A stretch of 63,262 nucleotides of DNA, counting the filler, from Ministeria vibrans ATCC 50519 (taxonomy: Eukaryota; Protista; Filasterea): assembly GCA_943704425.1 (NCBI GenBank). It is 10 parts of 10 records of this genome, joined end to end, with 100 filler letters (N's around TTAATTAATTAA, not from the genome) between each part and the next. Parts side by side here need not be neighbours in the genome. Positions count along the whole stretch, not along the records: positions 28,752 to 54,865 come from CALSCP010000916.1; positions 54,966 to 63,262 come from CALSCP010001463.1; 8 more parts are not named here. One strand, written 5' to 3'. Position 1 is the first letter of the stretch; the number at the start of each line of letters is the position of its first letter. The notes below the pieces were generated by a model. That model did no database searches, was not told the origin of the DNA, and saw only the letters and a list, made by a program, of their open reading frames with translations. Position numbers and translations under genes: made by a program. This document shows, piece after piece, positions 49,801 to 62,533 of the stretch.

Positions 49801-52800
49801 CTTGAGGCACACTCGTCCATGTCCGACTCGCAGTTGACACCGGTGTAGCCGCTGGCGCAACTGCATGCAAAGTGCCCGTGGTTGTCCGAGCATGTGGCGC
49901 CGTTGGAGCACGGCGACGAGGCACACTCGTCCATGTTGCTCTCGCACACAATGCCGGTGAAGCCACCAGCGCAAATACACGAGAAGCCATCCACTCCGTC
50001 CGCGCAGGTGGCGCCATTGGAGCACGGCGAGGAAGCACACTCGTCAATGTTGGTCTCGCAGTTGACACCCGTGTACCCACTGGCGCAAGTGCATGCAAAA
50101 CCATCGACGTTGTCGGCGCACGTCGCGCCATTGGAGCAGGGGCTCGACGCGCATTCGTCCATCTCCGAGCCACACACGACACCGGTGAAACCACTCGCGC
50201 AAGTGCACACGAATCCATCCACTCCGTCCGTACAGGTGGCGCCATTGGAGCAGGGGCTTGAGCTGCACTCGTCAATGTTGGTCTCGCAGTTGGTACCGAG
50301 GTATCCGCTGGCACACGTGCACGCAAAGCCATCCAGGTTGTTGATACACGTGGCGCCATTCGAGCAAGGGCTCGACGCACACTCGTCAATGTCCGACTCG
50401 CACTGTGTGCCCGTGTAGCCAGGAACGCAGTCGCACGCAAAGGCACCTGGATTGTCGTTGCAGGTCGCACCATTGACACAGGGCGACGAAGTGCACTCGT
50501 TCACATCCGTCTCGCACGACTCACCCACAAAGCCGGGAGCGCACGAGCAGCTAAAGCCCTGATGAGAATCACTGCACGTGCCACCGTTGGAGCAGGGCTG
50601 CGAAGCGCACACGTCCAAGTCAAATTGACACTGGTCGCCAGCGGTACCGCCAAGACAGTTGCACGTGTACTCGTTGATTCCGTCGACACAAGTGCCGGCG
50701 TTACGGCAGGGCGATGAAGCACACTCATCGACATTGGTTTCGCACATGAGTCCCACAAAGCCGGGAACGCAAGCGCACGTGAAGGAATCGAGAAGGTCCG
50801 TGCAGGTACCACTCGACTGACACGGCGACGAATCGCACTCGTTGATCTCCACGTCACACAGAGTCCCAGTATAGGCACTGCTGCAAGTGCAAGTGTATCC
50901 ATCGACCACGTCGATGCATGTGGCGCTGTTCTGGCATGGGCTTGACGCACACTCGTTCACGTTGGTCTCGCAGTTGACACCAAAGAAGCCGGAGGCGCAT
51001 GAACAGGTGAAGCCATCCACGTTGTCCGTGCATCCAGCTCCGTTCGAGCAAGGGCTCGACGCACACTCGTCCACGTCCGATTCGCAGTTGACACCAGTGT
51101 ATCCGCTGGCGCAAGTACATGTGAACGCGTCCACGTTGTCGGTGCACGTGGCGCCGTTGGAGCACGGTGACGAAGCACACTCGTCCATGTTCGATTCGCA
51201 GTTGACACCAGTAAACCCACTCGCGCAAGTACATGTGAATCCATCGACATTATCAGTGCAAGCGCCACCGTTGGTACACGGGCTCGACGCGCACTCGTCC
51301 ATCTCCGACCCACAATTGACACCGGTGTATCCGCTCGCGCAGGTGCACACAAAGTTGTCCACATTGTCAGAGCAAGTGGCACCATTGGTGCACGGGCTCG
51401 ACGCACACTCGTCCATATCCGACTCGCAGTTCACACCAGTGTAGCCACTCGCGCAAGTACACGTAAAGCCGTCAACGTTGTCAGTGCATGTGGCACCGTT
51501 TGAGCATGGGCTCGAGGCGCACTCGTCCACCTGCGACTCACAGTGTGTGCCCACAAAGCCGCTGGCGCACGTGCATGAGTACGAGTTGGTGCCGTCGACG
51601 CAGGTGCCGCCGTTGCTGCACGGCTGCGAGACGCACTCGTCAATGTTGCCGTCACACACGGTTCCGGCAAAACCGCTGTCGCAAATGCATGTGTACGAAT
51701 TGATGCCGTCGGTACAGGTGCCGCCATTGGCACACGGTGTCGAAGCACACTCGTCGACATTGGTCTCACAGAGAACGCCCACAAACCCGTTGAGGCACGA
51801 GCAAGAGTAAGAGGTGATACCGTCGACACAGGTGGCGTCGTTCTGGCAAGGGCTCGAGGCACAGTCATCAATGTTCGTGGAGCAGGTGACGTCGGTGAAG
51901 CCGGCGGCACAAGTGCACATGTACGAGGTGACACCATCAAGGCAGGTGGCGCCATTGGCGCACGGGTCGGAGGCACAATCGTCAATGTTGTTGCCACACA
52001 GGTTGCCCTGGTAGCCGGCAGCGCAGGTGCACGAGAAACCATTGACAGCATCAGAACAGGTGGCACCGTTGCGACACGGCGACGAGTTGCACTCGTCGTT
52101 GTTGACATCGCAAAGGGTGCTTGAGAAACCTGAAGCGCACGTGCACGTAAAGCCGTTGACGTTGTCGGTGCAGGTAGCACCATTGGTGCACGGGCTCGAC
52201 GCGCACTCGTCAATGTTGTTGCCACAGAGTGTGCCATCGTAGCCAGAAGCGCAGGTGCAGGTGAATCCATCGACCTCGTCGTTGCAAGTGGCGCCGTTGA
52301 GGCAAGGAGTGGACGCACACTCGTTTGTGTTCGAACCACACCTGGTACCAAAAAAGCCCGAAGCGCAGATGCAAGAGTAGCCGTCGACCTCGTCGGTGCA
52401 GGTGGCGCCGTTGGAGCAAGGCGACGAGTCGCACTCGTCGTTGTCGATTTGGCAGAGGTTGCCTGAGAAACCCGAGTGGCACGAGCACGTGTAAGAGGTG
52501 ACACCGTCGTTGCAGGTTGCGGCATTGCTGCAGGGAGACGAATCACAATCGTCAATGTTTGTGGAACACAGGGTGTCGGTGTAGCCCGGGACACAGGTAC
52601 ACGAGTAGCCATTGACTTCGTCGTTGCACGTCGCACCGTTCTGGCAGGGGTTCGAAGCGCACTCGTTGACGTCGGTCGAACACGTCGGGCCGGCGTAGCC
52701 TGCTGCACACGCACACGTGTACGACGTAACACCGTCGTTGCAAGTTGCACCGTTGGCGCAAGGATCGGAGGCGCAGTCGTCAATGTTGGTCAAGCACGAC

Positions 52801-54460
52801 ACATCCGTGTAGCCAGAGGCACAGGTGCAAGAGTATGAGTTGACGCCATCGTTACAGGTGGCACCATTGGCACACGGGTCGGAAGTACAGTCATCGATAT
52901 TATTGGTGCAAGTGGTGCCGCTGAAACCAGTGCCTGCGCAGTTGCAGGTGTACGAGTTGACACCGTCATTGCAAGTACCACCATTCTGGCACGGGCTCGA
53001 CACGCACTCGTCAATGTTGGTCGAGCAGGTCGCATCAGTGTAGCCAGGAGCACAAGTGCAAGTGTACGAGTTGACACCGTCATTGCAAGTGCCTCCATTG
53101 GCGCACGGGTCGGAAGTGCAGTCATCGACATTATTGGTGCAAGTGTTGCCGGTGAAGCCCGTGCCTGCGCAGTTGCAGGTGTACGAGTTGACACCGTCAT
53201 TGCAAGTGCCTCCATTCTGGCACGGGCTCGACACGCACTCGTCAATGTTGGTCGAGCAGGTCGCATCAGTGTAGCCAGGAGCACAAGTGCAAGTGTACGA
53301 GTTGACACCGTCATTGCAAGTGCCTCCATTGGCGCACGGGTCGGAAGTGCAGTCATCGACATTATTGGTGCAAGTCGTGCCGCTGAAACCAGTGCCTGCG
53401 CAGTTGCAAGTGTACGAGTTGACACCGTCATTGCAAGTACCACCATTGGCGCACGGGTCGGAAGTACAGTCGTCGTCGTTGACGGCGCAGGTATCGCCGC
53501 TGAAGCCAGACACGCAACTGCAGGTGTACGAGTTGACACCGTCATTGCAAGTGCCTCCATTGGCGCACGGGTCGGAAGTGCAGTCGTCGATATTATTGGT
53601 GCAAGTCGTGCCGCTGAAACCAGTGCCTGCGCAGTTGCAAGTGTACGAGTTGACACCGTCATTGCAAGTGCCTCCATTGGCGCACGGGTCGGAGGTGCAG
53701 TCATCGACATTATTGGTGCAAGTGTTGCCGGTGAAGCCCGTGCCTGCGCAGTTGCAGGTATACGAGTTGACACCGTCATTGCAAGTGCCTCCATTGGCGC
53801 ACGGGTCGGAAGTGCAGTCGTCGTCGTTGACGGCGCAGTTATCGCCGCTGAAGCCAGACACGCAACTGCAGGTGTACGAGTTGACACCGTCATTGCAAGT
53901 GCCTCCATTGGCGCACGGGTCGGAGGCGCAGTCGTCGATATTATTGGTGCAAGCGTTGCCGGTGAAGCCCGTGCCTGCGCAGTTGCAGGTGTACGAGTTG
54001 ACACCGTCATTGCAAGTGCCTCCATTGGCGCACGGGTCGGAGGCGCAGTCGTCGATATTATTGGTGCAAGCGTTGCCGGTGAAGCCCGTGCCTGCGCAGT
54101 TGCAGGTGTACGAGTTGACACCGTCATTGCAAGTGCCTCCATTGGCGCACGGGTCGGAGGCGCAGTCATCGACATTGCTGGTGCAAGTGGTGCCAGTGAA
54201 GCCCGTGCCTGCACAGTTGCAAGTGTACGACTCGACGCCGTCATTGCAAGTGCCGCCATTGGCGCACGGGTCGGAAGCGCAGTCGTCAATGTTCACCTCG
54301 CAGAAATCGCCGTTGTATCCATCGACACATGTGCACACAACATCCCCCTACACACACGTACACACACACACACACACACACACAAAGAGATACAGCCATA
54401 AGTGGGGGCACGAAGAATAAGAGGTGACCCGGCGGCTTGGCCAGGCGTGCAGTGGCGACA
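43876..54460 (-). CDS. Giant single-pass EGF-repeat receptor (~80 Ca-binding EGF repeats, ZU5-like insert, TM helix, short tail); Notch/Crumbs/fibropellin-like; N-terminus uncertain, two N gaps
   Basis: DECASSPCSNGATC....F.C.C..G(Y/F).G..CE repeats across ORFs 48417..54338, 47005..50040 and 44090..47143. TM IAAGVVIGLVVAAILAFFCF. Two spliced tail exons end FDSDV*. Confidence 0.88.
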
Positions 54461-54984
54461 GAGACGAGCACGACACAGAGCAAGAGAGAGTTGCACGGTT
54501 TAAAATAAAAATAAAAATAAATAAAATAATACAAAATAAATATGACGCGTGGTGCGTGCGCCAGGGGAGAATCTCTACGCCCTGATCTGGATGCGAAAGA
54601 GATCACAAAAAAAACCACAGTGGTTGGTTGACAGTTGGAAAAAGATGATGGGACGAAATTTTTTTCGTTGCCACAAAACCGCTCTGAAAATGGTGTTTTC
54701 CATTAACAAACCGCGCTGGATCTGGCGCGGACACATAGAACCATGCGCGTTCCCACCAAACTCCGTGGCAAGCAGTCGGCGAAAAAACGAGCGAAGACGA
54801 CAAAGCAAAGCAAACGGCAAAAAGATGGTGCGAGAGAAGGAAACTGTTCTTTTCGGCGAAAACTGNNNNNNNNNNNNNNNNNNNNNNNNNNNNNNNNNNN
54901 NNNNNNNNNTTAATTAATTAANNNNNNNNNNNNNNNNNNNNNNNNNNNNNNNNNNNNNNNNNNNNGGGGGGGGGGGGGGGGCAG

Positions 54985-55110
54985 CGGAGCCACGCGCCGG
55001 ACGGTGCGTTGCTCACGGAGATCGCTAAAGGCGATAACGCCTTTGTCGGAGAATCTGCCGCCTGGTGTCACGTCGCCCGATATCATCGCGCCCAGATACT
55101 TGAACAGCGG
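54985..55110 (-). mobile_element. Probable 5'-truncated non-LTR retrotransposon fragment (RT C-terminal region)
   Basis: GC-rich patch encoding FKYLGAMIS...AFSDL, resembling the FKYLG motif at the end of LINE RTs. It lies near the same 28-nt motif as the 23044 LINE fragment. Confidence 0.5.
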
Positions 55111-55167
55111 GTAAAAATATAATAATAGAAAAATAATTAGAAGAAGAAGAATACAACCCATTTGTAT

Positions 55168-55457
55168 GAGAAAAATAATTTTAGAGAATCAAAAGCGATA
55201 CTCAATGTCAAAACAAAACTATAATTAAGAGCTACTTCCGCCGTAGACTTCCAGACGAGAATGTCCCGAAAAAAGCCCATAGAACCACTGATACACCCAG
55301 GAAAAAAATGTACGGATGCTCAGGTTTCGCACAGGTAGACCCTGTACACAGCAGCCCCTAGTGTGCCATAATAATAATAGTAACAATAGAAAAATAAATA
55401 GAGAATCAAGGAGCTGTACTCAATGTCAAAACAAAACTATATACAAAACAAAGAGCA
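55168..55457 (-). repeat. Dispersed repeat family copies C (55168-55267) and D (55389-55457)
   Basis: Both contain CTCAATGTCAAAACAAAACTATA, the reverse complement of the core at ~5390 and ~8156. Confidence 0.85.
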
Positions 55458-55947
55458 TAATAGTAAATAATTATTGTAATGTTTATTGATACAAACTATG
55501 CGTTCTCTTCCCCTTCTCTTCTCATTGACAACATAAGACGCGCACATCCCTTAAACGTGTCCATCGCAACACCGCTAAGTGAGACGCCCTCAAAACACCC
55601 ATCCTTCTTGCCTCCATAACCTACGTCATCGGCACGCGGTCTCTACCGTAAGAGCCAGAACTCCCTAACGTAACCGTTTTTCTCTAACAAGGTCAGAAAT
55701 CTGACTGAAGATTGAACAAGGTTTACAAGCCAAGAGCCAAGAGCGGGTTGTGGGGCAAGATCAAACTGCTCGATGGGTGTCCGAGAGTAACAAAGGGAAT
55801 TGTATTAATTTTTCTCGCCAGCGATAAGACACATAAAGGACAGTCGTGCTCTGCATTTTTTTTCGCACATTCCATCGATCTCTCTGGTTTGTTCTTGCAA
55901 ATCTAACTTTTAGCCTTCACTTTTGCCCCACCGCTTCTTGGGCACTC

Positions 55948-58900
55948 ATGGCGCCCTCGGCAGCGGCGTTGGCGTTTGCAGGGCACGGGGCGGCGCTGCC
56001 TTTGGCCGCCGTGAGCATCGTCATTGTTATCGCTGCCGTTGTCTTTGTGACCATCAGCTGCTGCCCTCGTCGCGTCACCGCCGGGCCACGCAAGGGTCCC
56101 GTCGCCGGCCAGGGCATTGCACCGCCGATTTTGCCCGGAGAGGACGACGCTGGTCTGTCTTCGTTGCAACACGGCGGAAAACGGCAAACCAGCAAAAATC
56201 CCTCTACGGCGTCCTCGTCGAGCGCCGACGACTCGAGCAGTGCCACAGCTGCTCGCGGTCAACGTCTGGCTGGAAGTCGCTCGGCATCAAACTCTTCGAA
56301 ACGCTCCGAAGAAAAAAATCCTCTGCATTTACCAAAAACCACAAGACACGGCCGACGCCGCTCATCCGTACACCTCGACGACGACATCCCCATGATAAAC
56401 GTCGCTCAAATCGACATGGGCAATTCGAGCAAGCCTCCGCTGCCGGAACGTCGTCAGTCGCTCGCAACCCTGCCGTTGTCAGCAGGCGCCTTGCAGCCCT
56501 CTGCACCGGGCACCCTGCGCACCGCCTCGGGCCTCTCCAACACCCACGCCTATTCGTACTGCACGTCGGCAGGCGAGCGTGGAGTCAAGAGCAGCCTCGA
56601 GGCAAGCGTTGCCGCTCTGCGCTCCATTTCCTCCGAAGGCGAAGATCCCTCTTCGAGTCGCACCTCGTCGCGTCGTGACTACACTCCATCCAAAAACACC
56701 GCACGTCTCCTGGCCAACAAACCTGTCCCCGCCATTGCCGTCGCCGAAAATCAGTCTGTGCCCATCTCGTCGCTCTTCACCGTGTCCTTCAGTCAGACGG
56801 CGCACAAGCCGCGCTTCGACATGGACGCCGACGAACTGTACCAGCAACAACAACTGCGCCAGCAACGTCAACAGCAGGAGGAGGCTCGCCGCAAAATCTC
56901 GCCGCAAAACTCGTCGGACGTCCCAAGCACCACCTCCGATGTCGAAGCGCTCAAAGCACCTCCGCCTCCCAGCAGCGAAGTGTCAGGCGAGTGGGCCCGT
57001 AGCTCCACCGCGAAGGACATGTTTACCTACGACCACGACGATGCTCCCATCGACCCCATTCCCACTCGATCGGTACGTACTATGCAAGAACAAGAACGAA
57101 TGATAATAATTATAAGACGTTTTGTTTTGTTGTCGTTGTTGTTGTTGTTGTTTTTTTTTTTTTNNNNNNNNNNTTTTTTTTATAACAGAGCTCAAGTGCC
57201 AGCAAGGGAGATCGTACGCCAGTTCAACGACACATGACAAGGGGCGTGTCCGGCGAGAATATTGACCAAGCAGTGGCGACAGCAGTCGATCAAGTGCTCG
57301 AAGAGAAGCGCAAGGCGCGCGTGTCTTCTTCGGGCTCACCCATGACGTCGAGTAGTAGCAAGTCGCCCAAACCTCCAACCAAGCGCAGTGTTTCAAGTTC
57401 AACGACAACAAACCCCTCAAGCGCCACGAGTAGTGGAAGTACTGATGCCGCCACGAGTCGATCCAAGACAAAACGATCGGCCTCATCCCGGACGCCCGCC
57501 CCCACAGCGGGTGCAAAAAAGAATTCACGCGATGCCGATCATCCCACTACCATTGCTGCCCCTGTTACTGCCCCTGCTGCTGTTACTCGCGCTGCGCTTC
57601 CAGCCAAGGTTCAGGCATCATCCACCAAGACACCGCCACCCGTCACACCACCGCCGTACCATCGACCACCGTCCACGACCAGGCGCAAGACACCAGTCAT
57701 CGCGCCGCCCCCTCACCGTCCCTCGACGGGAAGCGTCACGACCACCACCCCGCCTCCCGTTGCCGCCACTCGGTCTGCGTCGTCTTCGGCAACTTCGTCG
57801 CGAACAACAACTCCTGCTCAGCGAGCCGCGTCTACCGCTGCTCGCGTGAGTCCGTCAGCGTCGGGCAGCAGTCTCGCCGTAGCGCGCTCTCTTTCGGCTG
57901 CGTCGCGTCCTCCTCGTTGGGTAACTCCCACCACTTCGTCGACAAGTGTGAGCGAGACGAGTACAACACCGCCTGTTCCCACTGTTTCCTCGACAGCACC
58001 AGCGGTATCCCGCACGCGCATTCTTCCCGCACCCGTTGCTGCGCCTGCGCCTTCTGCCACTCGCGGCTCTCCTCTGCTCCTCTCGGACTTGACCACAGAC
58101 GCAGCGCCCGTCAAGTCGACCAAGCCCGACGCTGCAAAAAAAGAGCGCCGTCACTCTCCTGCCCAAACTGACGAGACGAAGGCCGCGGCAAATAAAGCGG
58201 AGACGAGTGTTGACAAAGAGCACCGTGTTAAACCTGAGTCCACCACACCCGCCCCAGTCACCGCCGCTCCGACAAGCATTGCTCCCACAACAACCCCTGT
58301 CACGCGAACGATGTCATTGACACCGACCATCACTCCAACGGCTTCCACAACAACCCCTGTCATACGAACTAAGTCATCGACGCCGACCATCGCCTCAACC
58401 GACCAGCGTGCGACAGCGGAGCGGACACAGTCGACGCCTGTGTCCAACCTAGAACGACGCCGTCTCGAGCTTCAGGCACGCAAAGAGGCCCGTCTTGCGC
58501 GCACCCGATCTCCCGGAGGCTCTGTACTCGCGGCGTACTCGGTGCGGAAGTCTGCCGACATGGATCCCGACTCAAAATCCGACAGTGGCTCGCCCGTCAA
58601 AGAACCCGTGACCGTTGCACCAGGTGCCACAACAGCAGCAAAGGAGAGCACCCCCACAACAGCAGCAAAGGAGAGCACCCCCACAACAGCAGCAAAGGAG
58701 AGCACCCCCACAACAGCAGCAAAGGAGTCCACCCCCACAACAGCAGCAAAGGAGAGCACCCCCACAACAGCAGCAAAGGAGTCCACCTCCACAACAGCAG
58801 CAAAGGAGAGCAGTCCGGTCAGCACTGCTGCCGCACCATCTCCACGTGTGCCACATGCCGCTTCTCGGTTGTCCAGTGCTGATGAAACGTCAACTCCGAA

Positions 58901-59300
58901 AACCAATGGAAATCCTTCGCCCTCGGAACCCATCGCGAAGAAAAAAGACACAACCCCAACCCCTGAGGGTCCCGCCGAAGACGCCGAGGACGCTGAGAAG
59001 GAGCAGAAACGACAGGAGAGACGCCAGAAACTGCGTGTACTCTTGGCTAGCACAGCAGTCGAGCCAGATGCAGAGCGTGAAACAAAAGAAGCGGTAAAAA
59101 AAAGTTAATAATTATTATTATTGGTTCTTCTTCTTACACAATTTTTATAGAGAGCCCGTGATCGTGCGGCACGTCTAGCAGCTATTCGAGCGTCGCGAGA
59201 GGTATATAGCTGGGAGAGAGAGAAACCATTGTTATTAATACTATATTAATAATTGCGTTGTAGTCGGAGAAGCAACATGCGTGACAAAGGAGGAACCCTT
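55948..59300 (+). CDS. Ser/Thr/Pro-rich low-complexity protein with N-terminal TM segment (multi-exon; end approximate)
   Basis: ORFs 55846..57237 and 57234..59108; hydrophobic AAVSIVIVIAAVVFVTISCC followed by disordered sequence. Confidence 0.55.
58628..58812 (+). repeat. 24-nt coding minisatellite (PTTAAKES(T) octapeptide, ~7.7 copies)
   Basis: Tandem units of CCCACAACAGCAGCAAAGGAGAGCAC-like sequence. Confidence 0.95.
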
Positions 59301-59876
59301 CAAGAATACATTATTATTACAATTATTATCTTTCTATCTTCCTATCCATCACAAAAATTATTATTCCTCCCGCTGAGGCCACTAATAATTATTATTATAA
59401 TTATTATTATTAATGATAATTAATTTTATTGTATTCTACAGTATGTCATGTCAGGTATAGAGCAGTCGAAATATTTGCTCAATAAAAGCCTCTTTCGACG
59501 CTTCTCTCCCTCGTCGAGAGGTACAATAAGACGACTCTCTATTTCATGAAAGAATGTGAGAAAAAATTTCGAGCGAATATGTGGCCGCATCAGTGCTCAT
59601 ATTTTATCCGCCACGGCGTTATTTTCGTTGTTTTGCTTGTTCTTGCGGTATTTGGGCTCTCATCATGGCACAATGTGAATGTGTAGAAGCTTTTGCCCTA
59701 GAACTTCCAAAAAAAACAATGTGAATGTGTCTGTACAAGTGAATGGCAAAGACAGCGTCAAAGGCAGGTTTCTCAGTCGATATATACCATGCAAAATCGA
59801 AATTAAAAGAGGGAAAGTCAATAAAATAATAATAATCATCTTTATTATAGCTTGTGCCATTTTAAAAATAATTGGT

Positions 59877-62292
59877 TTAGTGAGCGAGCTCGGTCTCATT
59901 GAGACGCACAATGGGATGATCCATCGACACCTTGAGATCAAAGCCGTAGCCCTCAAGCTCTCGGATGTTGCCATAGCCGTACTTGATCATGGTCGGGCGC
60001 TCGAGAGAAAGACCCCACGCAATGACAGTGACGTCCTCGGGGAATCCCATAGGAAGGAGCATCTCAGGGCGGAATACTCCGCTGTTGCCCAACTCAACGT
60101 GCCTGCAAGGTACGTAAAAAAGTGGAACAGGTGTGGGGGTTAACATTTGCCAACGAGAGAGGTTTAAGAGCAAATCATCACAGAGCACAAGGTTTAAGGG
60201 CAAATCAATCACAGAGCACAATTATTATCCTACTTCTTGAGAGTGGGGTGATAACCAAAGATCTCCATGGACGGCTCAGTGTACGGATTGTACGCCGGCT
60301 TAAACTTGAGGTCGGTGATGCCAATGCGCTCAAAGAACTCCTGGAGCACCCCAATGAGGTGCCCGAGCGTCAGATTGCGATCGGCGACAAGTCCTTCGAC
60401 CTGGAAGAACTCAGCGAGGTGCGTTGCGTCGAGGGTCTCGTTACGGAACACCTTGTCGATCGAGAAGAGCTTGACCGGCTCAAAGACGGGGCGACTGGCA
60501 AGAGCGTGCAGCATGCGCGCACTCACGGNNNNNNNNNNNNNNNNNNNNNNNNNNNNNNNNNNNNNNNNNNNNNNNNNNNNNNNNNNNNNNNCGAGGTGCG
60601 TTGCGTCGAGGGTCTCGTTACGGAACACCTTGTCGATCGAGAAGAGCTTGACCGGCTCAAAGACGGGGCGACTGGCAAGAGCGTGCAGCATGCGCGCACT
60701 CACGGCCGTCGTGTGCGTGCGCAAGATGTTTTTCTCCGCCTCCCCTCGCGTCCACTCGTACTGGTACCCAATAGAGCCCGTCTCCCATCCATTTTCGTGT
60801 GTTGCTTGCACTCGCTTGAGATAGTCCTCGGGCAGATTCTACGTGGGCACAAAGTGTTTGTGTGTGTGAGATTCTCTTGTAGTTGGCTTTGTTCGCTTTC
60901 TCGTCTCTACCTGTGACGTGCTTGGGTCTGACACAAAGAAGGTGTCATGGGCGTCGCGTGCGGGGTGCTTCTGAGGCTGGAAGAGTGCGTCGAAATTCCA
61001 AAAGCCATTCTCAACATACTGGTTTGTCGGCATCTCCTGGAATCTGCATGTTGACAGGGGGAATTAAGACATTAATTATTAGCATTCGGGTCCTTCTCTT
61101 CTGCTCTTCGATCGCTTCCTCTCTCTTTCTCTCTTTGTCTTGTACCCCATCTCCAGGAAGTTGGAGCGAATTTCTGCGCGGACTTTGAGGAGCGGGTGCA
61201 GTGTGCCGTAGGTCGGCTTAACACCCATGGCATCGAAGTTGTACGGCTTGAACGTCTGCGTCTTCCACGACTCTGACGCGAACATGCTTGCCGTGAGCTC
61301 TGTCTCCGGCTTGACAATGGTTGTGGAAAACTCCGGACCTGTGCGAATTGTGAAGAACACAAAAGACCTGTGTGTAGGAGAACGTTGCGTAAGTAGGGAA
61401 GAATTGTGTCATGGGTCTGCTGTTACGTGACCACAATCAGCTTTCGCGACTTCAGGTCTTTCAGCGACACTTCGTCGAGCGTTTCAAATGTCTTGAGTTG
61501 GTCTCGAACGGTATCCGTCACAGAGTCAACCTATTAAACAACCAGGCGTGTAAACAGACGTGTAAACAACATAATTTATTTTGTATTGTGTTCTTTAGAC
61601 TTACTGCCCGGCGCACGTGGACCACTCCGTCCACCTTCTCTGTGGCAACCCACTTGTTCTGCATAGCGCGCGAGAACCCAACAGCAAAACGGTTTCCACT
61701 CTTCCGTTTCAAGTCGGTTTGACTGATCGACCCATTCTGCGGAATGTGCTCGAAAACAACAGCCTCGTGCGACCCGTCGCTCACAATACTCTTGCCCTCC
61801 TCCGTCAAAGACGTGGTGACCTCTTCGTGGCGTTCGCTCTTGACGTACTGCAGTAATATCAAGAGAAAGAGAATTATTATTGGTCGTTTTTTTTTAAAAA
61901 AAAATACGTTTAGTGACTGAAGAGCTTTCATGGCACCCACAACGGCTTGATGCTCAATGCCATGCTCATTTGAAAAGGTACGACTGTCCGTCTACGAGAA
62001 GAAGACATTGACCATCAAAAAACAAACGAGTTTCGTCTTTCGAGGGTGTTTTTTTCGGTCGATGTGCTGAAAGGGGCTTAATTTTGAAACAACACCTTAC
62101 CGTTCCCGTGGCATGCAGATGGTTTACAAGGAGTTGTTGAACATTTTGAGCTCCTGTTGGCTAAAGGGAGCAAAAGAGAAAAACAAGCGCGTTTAGAATT
62201 CATTATTCTACGCATACTGCAAGCTACACACTTCGTGGCGATGCGCATACCTTTGTGGCGGGGGCTGTGTCCGTAGACGTAGAGGCTGACAT
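59877..62292 (-). CDS. FARSA: Cytoplasmic phenylalanyl-tRNA synthetase alpha subunit (multi-exon)
   Basis: [10 protein letters not shown]; [23 protein letters not shown]; LRTHTTAVS; [25 protein letters not shown]; [10 protein letters not shown]; AWGLSLERP. Confidence 0.97.
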
Positions 62293-62533
62293 GGCTGTTT
62301 ACAAAGAGAAAGAGAGAAAGAGATTAAAAAGAATGTGAAGTATTGATCATGAAAAGCCGTAACTTCCGTCCAATTGGTCGAGGTTCGGTCGAGAGGACGT
62401 TTTTTTTTTTTTTTTGAGTGTCTTTCGACAATAATTTCCCGATTGAAACTCATCGACCAGACTCGATTCTCGCCACTTTACTTTTCATTATTTTTCACCT
62501 CTCTACTCGGTACTCTGCCACTTTTGTATAGCA
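62293..62533. promoter_or_regulatory. Probable bidirectional promoter between FARSA and FARSB
   Basis: About 240 nt separate the divergent start codons. Confidence 0.6.

Noticed and set aside
53287-54420. Long repetitive plus-strand ORF (QVYELTPSLQVPPLAHGS) and other antisense ORFs over the EGF, dynactin and Roco genes
   Set aside because: These are shadow frames of repetitive or GC-rich coding sequence on the opposite strand.
43876-54460. Calling the EGF protein a true Notch orthologue
   Set aside because: No LNR/NOD or ankyrin domains are visible and the intracellular tail is short.
58628-58812. CRISPR-like regular repeat
   Set aside because: The 24-nt units are contiguous with no unique spacers, lie in frame within a eukaryotic CDS, and no cas genes are present.
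60412-60706. Apparent internal duplication in FARSA
   Set aside because: Identical sequence on both sides of an N gap indicates a scaffolding overlap artefact.
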